DNA of 64,000 bases from NCBI GenBank assembly GCA_002269645.1, contig NIVC01000100.1:372001-436000 (forward strand), given 5' to 3'. The notes below the pieces were generated by a model. That model searched no databases. It saw only the letters and a list, made by a program, of their open reading frames with translations, and was not told where the DNA came from. Below, in pieces: positions 38,601 to 49,904 of the stretch. This DNA comes from Macrostomum lignano (lineage: Eukaryota). Positions within the stretch are counted from its first letter, which is position 1. Every line of letters begins with the position of its first letter. The position numbers were made by a program, and so were the translations under genes.

Positions 38601-41556
38601 CGCCCATTATCTACCCTGAGAGTCGCCCATTATCTACCCTGAGAGTTGCCCCTCATCTACCCTGAGAGTTGCCCCTCATCTACCCTGAGAGTTGCCCCTC
38701 ATCTACCCTGAGAATCTCCCCTCATCTACCCTGAGAGTTGCCCCTCATCTACCCTGAGAGTCGCCCCTCATCTACCCTGAGAGTTGAGCCTCATCTACCG
38801 TGAGAGTTGCCCCTCATCTACCCTGAGAGTCGCCCCTCATCTACCCTGAGAGTCGCCCCTCATCTACCCTGAGAGTCGCCCCTCATCTACCCTGAGAGTC
38901 GCCCATCTATGACGCCCATTATCTACCCTGAGTCGCCCATTATCTACCCTGAGAGTTGCCCCTCATCTACCCTGAGAGTTGCCCCTTATCTACCCTGAGA
39001 GTCGCCCCTCATCTACCCTGAGAGTTGCCCCTCATCTACCCTGAGACTCGCCCCTCATCTATGGTGAGAATCGCCCCTCATCTATGGTGAGAATCGTCGG
39101 ATATCTACCATAAGAGTCGCCCCTCATTTACCCTGAGAATCGCCCCTCATCTATGGTGAGAATCGGCCCTCATCTATGGTTAGAATCGCCCCTCATCTAC
39201 CCTGAGAATCTCCCCTCATCTACCCTGAGAGTCGCCCATCATCTACCCTGAGAGTCGCCCATCATCTACCCTGAGAGTCGCCCATCATCTACCCTGAGAG
39301 TCGCCCCTCATCTACCCTGAGAGTCGCCCCTCATCTACCCTGAGAGTCGCCACTCATCTACCCTGAGAGTCGCCCCTCATCTACCCTAAGAATCGCCCCT
39401 CATCTACCCTGAGAGTTGCCCCTCATCTACCCTGAGAATCTCCCCTCATCTACCCTGAGAGTCGCCCCTCATCTACCCTGAGAGTCGCCCCTCATCTACC
39501 CTGAGAGTTGCCCCTCATCTACCCTGAGAGTCGCCCATTATCTACCCTGAGAGTCGCCCATTATCTACCCTGAGAGTTGCCCCTCATCTACATTGAGTGT
39601 CGCCCCTCATCTACCCTGAGTGTCGCCCCTCATCTACCCTGAGAGTCGCCCTCATCTACCCTGAGAGTTGCCCCTCATCTACCCTGAGTGTCGCCCCTCA
39701 TCTACCCTGAGAGTCGCCCATCATCTACCCTGAGAGTCGCCCCTCATCTACCCTGAGAGTCGCCCCTCATCTACCCTGAGAGTCGCCCATTATCTACCCT
39801 GAGAGTTGCCCCTCATCTACCCTGAGAATCTCCCCTCATCTACCCTGAGAGTCGCCCATCATCTACCCTGAGAGTCGCCCCTCATCTACCCTGAGAGTCG
39901 CCCCTCATCTACCCTGAGAGTCGCCCATCATCTACCCTGAGAGTCGCCCATTATCTACCCTGAGAGTTGCCCCTCATCTACCCTGAGAGTTGCCCCTCAT
40001 CTACCCTGAGAGTTGCCCCTCATCTACCCTGAGAGTTGCCCCTCATCTACCCTGAGAGTTGCCCCTCATCTACCCTGAGAGTTGAGCCTCATCTACCCTG
40101 AGAGTTGCCCCTCATCTACCCTGAGAGTCGCCCCTCATCTACCCTGAGAATCTCCCCTCATCTACCCTGAGAGTCGCCCCTCATCTACCCTGAGAGTCGC
40201 CCCTCATCTACCCTGAGAGTTGCCCCTCATCTACCCTGAGAGTCGCCCATTATCTACCCTTAGAGTCGCCCATTATCTACCCTGAGAGTTGCCCCTCATC
40301 TACCTTGAGTGTCGCCCCTCATCTACCCTGAGTGTCGCCCCTCATCTACCCTGAGAATCTTCCCTCATCTACCCTGAGAGTCGCCCATCATCTACCCTGA
40401 GAGTCGCCCCTCATCTACCCTGAGAGTCGCCCCTCATCTACCCTGAGAGTCGCCCATTATCTACCCTGAGAGTCGCCCATTATCTACCCTGAGAGTTGCC
40501 CCTCATCTACCCTGAGAGTTGCCCCTCATCTACCCTGAGAGTCGCCCATTATCTACCCTGAGAGTTGCCCCTCATCTACCCTGAGAGTCGCCCCTCATCT
40601 ACCCTGAGAATTGAGCCTCATCTACCCTGAGAGTTGCCCCTCATCTACCCTGAGAGTCGCCCCTCATCTACCCTGAGAGTCGCCCATTATCTACCCTGAG
40701 AATCTCCCCTCATCTACCCTGAGAGTCGCCCATCATCTACCCTGAGAGTCGCCCATCATCTACCCTGAGAGTCGCCCATCATCTACCCTGAGAGTCGCCC
40801 CTCATCTACCCTGAGAGTCGCCCCTCATCTACCCTGAGAGTCGCCCCTCATCTACCCTGAGAGTCGCCCCTCATCTACCCTGAGAATCGCCCCTCATCTA
40901 CCCTGAGAGTCGCCCCTCATCTACCCTGAGAGTCGCCCCTCATCTACCCTGAGAGTCGCCCATCATCTACCCTGAGAGTCGCCCCTCATCTACCCTGAGA
41001 GTCGCCCATTATCTACCCTGAGAGTTGCCCCTCATCTACCCTGAGAGTCGCCCCTCATCTAGTCTGAGAGTCGCCCCTCATCTACCCTGAGAGTCGCCCC
41101 TTATCTACCCTGAGAGTCGCCTCTACTCCGCCACCTTTGCAATTCCAGTTCTGTCGCGATTCTCCCTGCACTTTGGCGTCCGATTTTACGCATCGGACCC
41201 GTCGCGACTGCTAGAAGAGTACACCCGCTACCAGCTGTTCCTGCAGCTGAGACGCGACCTCACCTCCGGCAAGCTGGTCTGCTCACCCGAATGCGCCGCT
41301 CTGCTAATTAGCTTGGCTCTGCAATCTGATTTAGGCGACTGCCAGCTCCCGTTAGCTGCTCAGCTGGACGAGTTGCAGGCTAAGCAGAAGCGAGCCAAAC
41401 CTCCGTGCGACTGTTTTAGAGCCTGTCAGCGGTTGAAGCTGGCCTGCGTGCCTGGCCAGACTGCAGCTCTGGAGACCAGGGCGGCTGAGCTGCATGCCAG
41501 TCACAGGTGCGTGTTTTCTGTCTGCTGTCTGTCTGTCTGTCTGTCTGTGTGTCTGC

Positions 41557-41595
<39 letters not shown>

Positions 41596-41699
41596 GTGTC
41601 TGTGTGTCTGCTGTCTGTCTGTCTGCTGTCTGTCTGTCTGTCTGTCTGTGTGTCTGCTGTCTGTCTGTCTGTCTGCTGTCTGTCTGTCTGTGTGTCTGC

Positions 41700-41734
<35 letters not shown>

Positions 41735-41742
41735 GTGTCTGC

Positions 41743-41773
<31 letters not shown>

Positions 41774-41841
41774 GTGTCTGCTGTCTGTCTGTCTGTCTGT
41801 CTGTGTCTGTCTGTCTGTCTGTCTGTGTGTCTGTCTGTCTC

Positions 41842-41922
<81 letters not shown>

Positions 41923-43515
41923 GTGCCTTTCTCGGTTTGTCTTGTCTCTGACAGTATGCCTGTTTCCGTGTTTTTGTCTGTCTCTCTACCACTTTGCCTT
42001 TCATTTTAGTTACGTCCGCCCGTTTTTGTGCCTGTCTTATTGTGTAGTTTTCGTTATTCCGACTGTATATTCTATAGTTGCTACTTGATTGCAGCAATAG
42101 ACTAGTGCGTATTTTTTGTTTAAAAAATCCCCTAAATTTCAGAGGCTTATCGGCTGGCTGCGCAGAGCTGAGCTTCCTGCTAGCGGCTAGGCAGCTGGAT
42201 CACTACGGCTGCATCATGTTCCCCGTTGTGGTGAGTACTGGCCTTAATGCATCCATTTGCAGATTTTTTATTTCTACATTATTTAATAACTTGCTAGCTA
42301 ATTGGAAAAATCTGTTCCTGACTTTAAATGTCAATCAAAATACTTCGTTTATAAATATTAACTTCTGGTTGAATTCTATTTGTCTGCTAAATGCAATCTA
42401 AAATTCAAAAAACCCCATACTCTGCGTAGAATTTCACCTTCGTTCTCACTAAATAGACAACCCATGGATACTCAGCAGCACCCAACACCCCAGTTCCGCA
42501 CCTTATTGATAACACGCTCATTCACTCAGCAGCTTCCACCACCCCAGTTCCACAGCCATAGATAACACGCTCGCTCACTCAGCAGCACCCACCACCCCAG
42601 TTCCACAGCCATAGATAGCACGCTCGCTCACTCAGTAGCACCTACCTCCACAGTCATAGATAACAGGCTTGTTCACTCAGCAGCACCCACCACCCCAGTT
42701 CCACAGCCATAGATAACACGCTCGTTCACTCAGTAGCACCCACCACCCCAGTTCCACAGCCATAGATAACACGCTCGCTCACTCAGTAGCACCTACCTCC
42801 ACAGTCATAGATAACAATTCCACACCCGCAGGAGAGCAATAAACAGTCAGCCCAATTAGGCGTCAACTGCTCTGGCTTGTCAGTATTCCGATCGGGCTCT
42901 CGTCAGCAGTTGTACGGCTGGGCTAATATAGCAGAGATCAGCTTTCGCAGGCGACAATTCAGCGTACACATATGCGATGCAAACAACAGTGTCGTAGAAT
43001 TTCAATTAGCCAGTTCTCGTCTGTGCAAACTGGCCTGGCGAGAATGTGCTCAGCAGCATGCGTTCTTTAGGCTGCCCCACAACAGGCATCATGGCCAACA
43101 GCAGTCTTTGTTTTCTTTGGGAGTTACTCAAGAATCCGCTTCTCTGTCTCCGCATTCTTCAATTGCCGCTGTGGTGGCAGCCAGACTGAATGCAGCTTTA
43201 GGCATTGTGGCTCAGCAAGCTTCGGCTATGGTTAGTCAAAGACGGCGCCGGGTAGTGCAGGAGCAGCAGCAGCAGCAGCAGCAGCAACAGCAGAAGAAGC
43301 ATCGCCAGCACCAGCATCAGCCGTTGCGTCGGGCGTTTCAACGATCGCCCTGGCGTCAGGCGCTCGAACCTGCAACTCCCGCTGCCGCCGCCGCCGCCGC
43401 CGCGGCTTCCATTTCTGCGCGCGATCGACGGCGATTTCAGCTGACATTTGCGACTACAACTGCGGCTGCCGCAGCTGCCAGCGGCGAAAGTCCAGGGTCG
43501 GTGGTCGAGAGACAG
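29689..43515 (+). CDS. PTPN4: PTPN3/PTPN4 (PTPMEG)-like phosphatase, FERM part; join(29689..29877,35505..35609,37062..37107,41149..41506,42143..42230,42832..43515)
   Basis: N-terminus [13 protein letters not shown] resembles PTPN4. FERM peptides [85 protein letters not shown] phases 0,0,1,2,0 are consistent. Contains polyQ and polyA tracts. Confidence 0.9.
30046..35180. repeat. 34-bp satellite, ~150 copies, 5.1 kb, in PTPN intron 1
   Basis: Unit taattaggaatcgccttggaatctgcagtttcct (period 34: 30121, 30155). Confidence 0.98.
35650..36600. repeat. ~35-bp minisatellite (tagatctctagtctcctgtctcatctcctctgtca) in PTPN intron 2
   Basis: Period 35 (35907, 35942). Confidence 0.9.
37180..41122. repeat. 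23-bp satellite (ctcatctaccctgagagtcgccc), ~170 copies, in PTPN intron 3
   Basis: Period 23 (37441, 37464); ends ~25 nt before the acceptor. Confidence 0.98.
41515..41925. repeat. (TCTG)n/(TG)n microsatellite directly after a splice donor
   Basis: Direct inspection; source of the SVCL/RQTD ORFs. Confidence 0.95.
42470..42815. repeat. ~53-bp tandem repeat running up to the acceptor at 42831
   Basis: gataacacgctc at 42508 and 42561. Confidence 0.85.
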
Positions 43516-43524
43516 GTGAGGCTT

Positions 43525-43710
43525 CGGGGTTGGCGTGAACTGCAGCTTGGAGAGTGACATTGTGGGGTTTGGCGTGAACTGCTTTGAGAGTGACATTGTG
43601 GGGTTTGGCGTGAACTGCTTGGAGAGTGACATTGTGGGGTTTGGCGTGAACTGCTTGCAGAGTGACATTGTGGGGTTTGGCGTGAACTGCTTGCAGAGTG
43701 ACATTGTTAT
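43525..43710. repeat. 36-bp tandem repeat (~5 copies) just after the FERM-exon donor
   Basis: ggcgtgaact at 43571 and 43607. Confidence 0.85.
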
Positions 43711-43760
43711 GTAGAGTCAAAAGCTCAGAGTGGCAGGGTGATAAGATCACAGTCTTCTAA

Positions 43761-44181
43761 TATAGCTTTTGTCATGCTATCTTAGCCTAGGGACATCCAA
43801 ACTCAGCCAGCCCCATTCCGCAATGCGTTTTTGGCTCGAGCTAGTCGAGTTTTACCATAGACATGCTTCTTAAGGCCATGCTATCTCAGCCTGGGACATG
43901 CAATCTCAGCCAATATAGATTTCAATTGCAAACAGATCTCAATGCTATCATTTCTGTAACGTGACATGAAATGGCAACAAACAGCAATGAATGAACGCAG
44001 CAAGAAAAGTCAGTAAGAATCTGAAAAGTGGCTGAGATTGCATGTCCCAGGCTGAGATAGCATGGCCTTAAGAAGCATGTCTATGGTAAAACTTGACTGG
44101 CTTACGTAAAACATCGCACTGTTGAGATGGGCTGGCTGAGTTTGGATGTCTCTAGGCTGAGATAGCATGACAAATACTATA
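43761..44181. mobile_element. ~420-bp palindromic MITE with ~140-bp TIRs, probable TA target
   Basis: catgctatcttagcctagggacatccaaactcagcc...cagcctgggacatgcaatctcagcca is mirrored at 44028-44180. Confidence 0.75.
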
Positions 44182-44447
44182 GCATGCTCAGAGTGACAAG
44201 TTGATAACGGTAGAGTGACCGAGTTTCAAGTTGTTTCTTGTACAAAAAACTTGTTTTTGTGTATTCATATCTATCAAGTAGTATTATACAGTAGTTTGTA
44301 TAGTATATAGATTCATCTATCATAAAAATACTCTTCACAGCGGCCAGTTTTACTGCGTGGGCATGTATTGCACATTGTGTATAGCATGTACGTATATAGC
44401 ATGTACGCTCTAGGCTGTATCTTTCCATCCCCTGCAATTCAACCTCT

Positions 44448-44449
44448 CC

Positions 44450-44523
<74 letters not shown>

Positions 44524-44662
44524 ATCTGCTAAAGCTCTTTTAGGCGCTCCCTGTCTTCCTCCCTCGCCCTCGCGCCCTCGCCCACTCTGGTCCATCTTGG
44601 AATCCGTTTCACACGGACCGTGTGTGGAGAGAGAGCGAGAGAGAGCGAGAGAGAGAGAGAGA
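44448..44662. repeat. (CT)n and (GA)n microsatellites
   Basis: Direct inspection. Confidence 0.9.
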
Positions 44663-45408
44663 CGGCTAAAGGTTTACCCTTGGAGGGCAAGGGAGAAAAT
44701 GTTGCGTGGGCGGATTGGAAGCGCAATAAACCCGATGGGTCTAGTAGAGTTATTATTATTATTATGAATATTACTAGCTAGCTATATAGTTGTGAAGAAG
44801 AACTCAGCAATAAGAGTTTCTTTAGACTACTGGCTTAAGGCTTGAGTAAACTTCCGCAGAAGTTTGGACTGTTTTACAAACATAATGTTGTGTTTATGTT
44901 AAGGCCAAGGAGAAAAATAGCTACGATTTACTTGTATCCAGAAAAGTCTTCGTTTTCACTGCTTAATTGCCGATTAGTAAAACTCTGCGTAGGCGGCGTG
45001 GGCGTTGGCGCCTGTTCCTGGCGCCGCGCTTCGCGTGCGTAGGCGGATCGGGCGCTAATGGGAAATTCTTCTCTGGGGGGGGGGTGAAGAGAAGTTTTTT
45101 CTCCCGCTCGGAAAAACAGGAGAGAGCGGCTGCTGTGAGTCGCCGAGATTGGACAGCTCAGGGCGTTTGGGGTCAGTTTGGGATTGCGGCCCTGTGAGAG
45201 CAGCTGCTCATTAAGCTGGCCCTGTTTTGCCCATGGCATCTCAGCATCTGCCCATTGAGCCATGGCATCTCAGCATCTGCCCATTGAGCCATGGCATCTC
45301 AGCATCTCTGTACTGCGGATTGGCTCTCATAGGCATGATTCTAGAATCGAACTCGGGACTTGTGTATTATCAATGTTTTTACCTTCGCCACTGTCCGCAC
45401 ACCTGCAG

Positions 45409-46841
45409 ACGACGCCACTCGGGTTACACTGAGCTGCAGCCCGAACTGCTCCCAAGCTTCATCAGCTGGCAAATCCGGCGACCTCAGCATCTCAGACTAC
45501 ATCAACGCCTCCCATGTTGACATGCGAATACCCAGCCCCTGCGGCACTGTGAATCGCTACATTGCAGCTCAGGGCCCGCTGCCAAATACCTGTTCAGATT
45601 TCTGGCAGATGTGCTGGGAACAGTCCGTATCGCTGGTTGTCATGCTAACGGTTAGTAACGAGAGAGGCCGGACCAAGTGTCACGAATATTGGCCACCCCT
45701 GTATGAGACCGTCGATCATTGTAACGGCCTGTCAGTCACCTGTGTATCTGAACAGGTGCCAAAACTGTTTGGAAACGCTGAGAATAGCGATAATGATGAT
45801 GTCGCTGATGCTGACCGTGAGTGCGGATTTGCTCAGCGGGAGTTTATGATTAGCAAAACGGCTGATGCTGAGGCTGCTGGAGAAGGGTCTGAAGTGCAGC
45901 AGAGACAGGTGAGACTTTGGATACACGATTCTCTTTTTATATGTTCAATGTTTAATTTTCTTCTGCTCTTTACTTTTGTTTTTTCTTCCTTCCCTCTTCC
46001 GCCCCTCTTCCTTACCCTCTTCCTTACCCTCTTCCTTACCCTCTTCTCGTCATCCTCCCCCTCATCCCTCCCCCTCATCCTCCCCCTCATCCTCCCCCTC
46101 TTCCATACCCTCTTCCTCCCCCTCATCCTCCCCTCTTCCATACCCTCTTCCTCCCCCTCATTCTCCCCCTCATCCCTCCCCCTCATCCTCCCCTCATCCT
46201 CCCCCTCATCCTCCCCTCATCCTCCCCCTCATCCTTCCCCTCTTCCTCACCCTTTTCCTCCCCCTCATCCTTCCCCTCTTCCTCACCCTTTTCCTCCCCC
46301 TCATCCTTCCCCTCTTTCTCACCCTCTTGCTCCCCTCCTTTTCCCTATAGAGCTAGCACAGCACTTTACCCTACAAAAGTTCATAAACGCAGCTAATCGC
46401 CCAGCGCCTACCCGCTCTCAGGTGACGCACCTGCAGTACGCAGACTGGCCGGATCACGGTACGCCCAGCAACTTGGACGAGTTCCTAAATTTCGTTAGCC
46501 GGGTCCGGGCCCACCGGGCCGGCCACCTGGCCCCCGTGGTAGTGCACTGCTCCGCTGGCATTGGCCGGACTGGCGTCCTCATTGCCATGGAAACCGCTGT
46601 CTGCCTGATTGAAGCCGGCTTGCCAGTGAAACCGCTGTGTTTGCTGCGTAGGATGCGGAACCAGCGGCCGATGCTCATTCAGACAGCCGGACAGTACAGG
46701 TTCGTGTGCGAGGCCATCCTGCGCTACTGGCAACAGTCGGGCAGAGGCGTCAGTCTTGCTGACCACCAGCTCGAGACCGCCGCTCAATCGGACGAAGCCG
46801 ACGCCAACTCGGAGAACAACAACTCTGCTTCTGCTTGTTGA
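45409..46841 (+). CDS. PTPN4: PTPN3/PTPN4-like catalytic PTP domain; join(45409..45908,46422..46841)
   Basis: DYINAS, YIAAQGPLPNT, DFWQMCWEQ, ERGRTKCHEYWP, WPDHG, VHCSAGIGRTG, MLIQTAGQYRFVCEAIL. Acceptor ctgcag| at 45408 (phase 1), donor at 45909, acceptor at 46421. Confidence 0.92.
45990..46340. repeat. CT-rich low-complexity repeat in the PTP-domain intron
   Basis: cctccccctcat-type units. Confidence 0.85.
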
Positions 46842-46961
46842 GTGTTTTTTGCCGCTTAATAATTTGTTTACCAAAATTTAGTCAGGGAAATGCTAAAACT
46901 TATTTATTTTGTATGATTGTGCTAAAAGTTCTTCCTGAAGGCCGAGGGAAATTCCCCATGC

Positions 46962-47560
46962 AAACTGGCACCCATCCCCGCAAAAGTGGCACCCATCCCC
47001 CGCAAAAGTGGCACCCATCCCCCGCAAAAGTGGCACCCATCCCCCAAAAGTGGCACCCATCCCCCGGAAAAGTGGCACCCATCCCCCGCAAAAGTGGCAC
47101 CCATCCCCCCAAAAGTGGCACCCATCCCCCGCAAAAGTGGCACCCATCCCCGCAAAAGTGGCACCCATCCCCCGGAAAAGTGGCACTCATCCCCCGGAAA
47201 AGTGGCACTCATCCCCCGCAAAAGTGGCACCCATCCCCCGCAAAAGTGGCACCCACCCCCGCAAAAGTGGCACCCATCCCCCCAAAAGTGGCACCCATCC
47301 CCCCAAAAGTGGCACCCATCCCCCCCCCAAAAGTATCACCCATCCCCCGCAAAAGTGGCACCCATCCCCCGCAAAAGTGGCACCCATCCCCCCCCCAAAA
47401 GTGGCACCCATCCCCCGCAAAAGTGACACCCATCCCCCACAAAAACGGCACCCCTCCCACGCAAAACGGCACCCCTCCTCGCAAAAACGGCACCCCTCCC
47501 AACGCAAAACGGCACCCCTCTTACGCAAAAACGGCACCCCTCCTAATAAAAAATTGGACT
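46962..47560. repeat. 21-22-bp minisatellite (gcaaaagtggcacccatcccc) 3' of the PTP stop
   Basis: Direct tandem copies; explains ORFs at 46835-47611. Confidence 0.95.
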
Positions 47561-49904
47561 CACCCTAAGAAATATGCCACTCAACACACAGAAATGGCAC
47601 TCTCACTATAAAAGACACCCTCCCCGACACAAAAAATGACAAACTTTCATAGTTACCCGCTTTGATAAAGATGAATTATGATTTGGCCTCCATTTTAGCC
47701 ACCTCTTTTGACTTGCTATAAGACTTCAATAGCCCTATAGAATGATTCGTTTGGTGTTATTAGGGTCTAAAATTTTGTTTAACTTTGCAATTGTAAGTCT
47801 TGGTCTTGTTTTAAGTCGTTTTTTATTCATTTAGTAGAGATTTGACTTTCTAAAACTTTTTTATCTTAGCTACTGACACTACTTATTGTGTGTAATATGT
47901 AGTACACGTAGAAGTAGCCGATCGTGAAGCAATATTAATGATCTTTCTGACCGCTCTACTTGCCCCGCACTACTTTGTCTTGGCGTTAAAGCTGAACAGT
48001 ATTAAATCAGTGTAATTGATGTATAAACAAGTTCTTTTTGACATGCTGTAATTTTAATATTTCTTGTTTGCACCAGGTTTTAGCTTTTCAGTAACTAATT
48101 TATAAACATATTTGTAATTTAGCAACCAAATCGGAACAAAAACCAACTCATACTCACGTCATCCATATTTGGCATTTAAATCTGTCTTATTTAAAGTTAT
48201 TGAGGTCTGATTCAAATTTCATGCTATCAATTCAGTTGATCGTTGAAAAATTTATCGATGCCCATAGTGTCGCAACCTCGGTTTTCTTTCAGTGGTTTTT
48301 TGTTTTAATTTTTGTTTTAACTTCACAAAGTGAAAATTTCGTGTTTACTAGTTGTGCACAAATTTCGCGTTAATAAGGCAATCAGCAGGATTTTTATCTA
48401 TATTAATTATATTTTCATGCTTTGGTCAGAGCTTCACACGAGGTTTGGTTTTTTACCTTTGCTTTTTATAATTCAAATTTTTTATACTACTACTATATAT
48501 TCAAGTCATTCTTTGTCTTATTTGAATTCAACGGAAATGTGTGACCAGTCATTTCATTAAAAGTCTTGAACAGTCTTTGTTGCACTCTTCTCATATCCCT
48601 TATTTTGCATTCCATTGTGTGTCGCGTATCCTTATTGTAGTTTTTTTTCTTCTGTACATACCTACTTGTGTCTGCTATGAGTTTTGCCATGTTATTTATG
48701 CACTCTTGTCATATTTTAACCTGATGAATATAAGACTAGAAGTCAGAGTTCTATAGTAGGAAGTTTTTGCTCATATTTAATACACCATGTTGCAATAAAG
48801 CTTTTGCATATTTGTGTATTTAAAGTTAAATTTATGCCCACTCTTCAGACAACAATTGCGCTTTGTCAGATTAATTGCGTCAGCCACATTTTAAACAAAT
48901 ATATGCATCCCTGTCAAATCATCGTTGTCGTAAATGGCTTTGTTTACGAGTTAATAATAAAGACCTGGTGGAATTAATTTCGATTTTACATTTATGCGAA
49001 ACGAATCAAGCTTCTGTACGCTCGGTGTCAGCAAAATTCGTTGTGTATTTTTTCATACATTTTTTCTTTGTGGATAGAATACTGAGACGAGAGTATACTG
49101 ACTAGTTCAGCACTTTTAACGGTACTGTGTTAAAAAATAGAGTGTAGCGTTCAGTATTGGGTAGAATCGTCCTCACTAATTTAAATTCAATGTAAAAAAA
49201 ACTTTTTTGAGCTGCAGCTGATGGCCTGCACACTAAAATAGTTTATAAACACATTTAAACTGTATGCGATATAAGGACAGAAATGTTTAAACTCCGAACA
49301 ATTGTTATAACATATCTGTCTCTGGCTATAAATCTGATCAGAATAGTTATTTTTTCAAGTTCTGGAACCAGGACTTTTTTACAATGCTAATTGTCATCCT
49401 CACAGCAATCTAAATGCATTTCAAAGATATTCAATCTGTACCCTAAATAACGTGCTAGAAGAAAAAAATCAACTGTCATTTAACTATTAAATTACATTCA
49501 ATGAAACAGCATCAAATTTCGATGACATTTTTGCGATCCTACTGTAACTATACGCATGATTATCCGTATAAATCCGTGGTAAACGATTAAAAACAAACAA
49601 AGCGATATTATTTTTCCTAAAAATACTTTTCTACGTATTTATAACCTAATATTTTAATATCGTCAGTTTTTAGGTCTTTTTTGCTTTTTGCTTTTTTAAT
49701 TGATTGTGTATTTTCCGGCTTTTTTATCTTTCAAAAGTTTGAAAATAAAAATAGTGGACGTCTCTGCTCGAGAGCTGTTCAAATTTTAATATTACACCGT
49801 TCGATTTGCTTAGGCCTAGTTTAGTTTAGTACCTTGTCAGTGTAATTTCAAAATCAGCGGTAGACAAGTTCATTATATATCGATAGTAATTCCAATTATT
49901 AGCA

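Noticed and set aside
30046-41122. CRISPR-like appearance of the 34-bp and 23-bp arrays
   Set aside because: Units are head-to-tail with no unique spacers, no cas genes, and a eukaryotic intronic context.
41313-42097. Long SVCL/RQTD-repeat ORFs
   Set aside because: Read-through into a (TCTG)n microsatellite past the donor at 41507.
44842-45042. KFGLF segment as a candidate PDZ carboxylate-binding loop
   Set aside because: The rest of the ORF has no PDZ pattern.
46835-47611. 258-aa KVAP/KSGTHP repeat ORF
   Set aside because: Translation of the 21-22-bp minisatellite, open in multiple frames on both strands.
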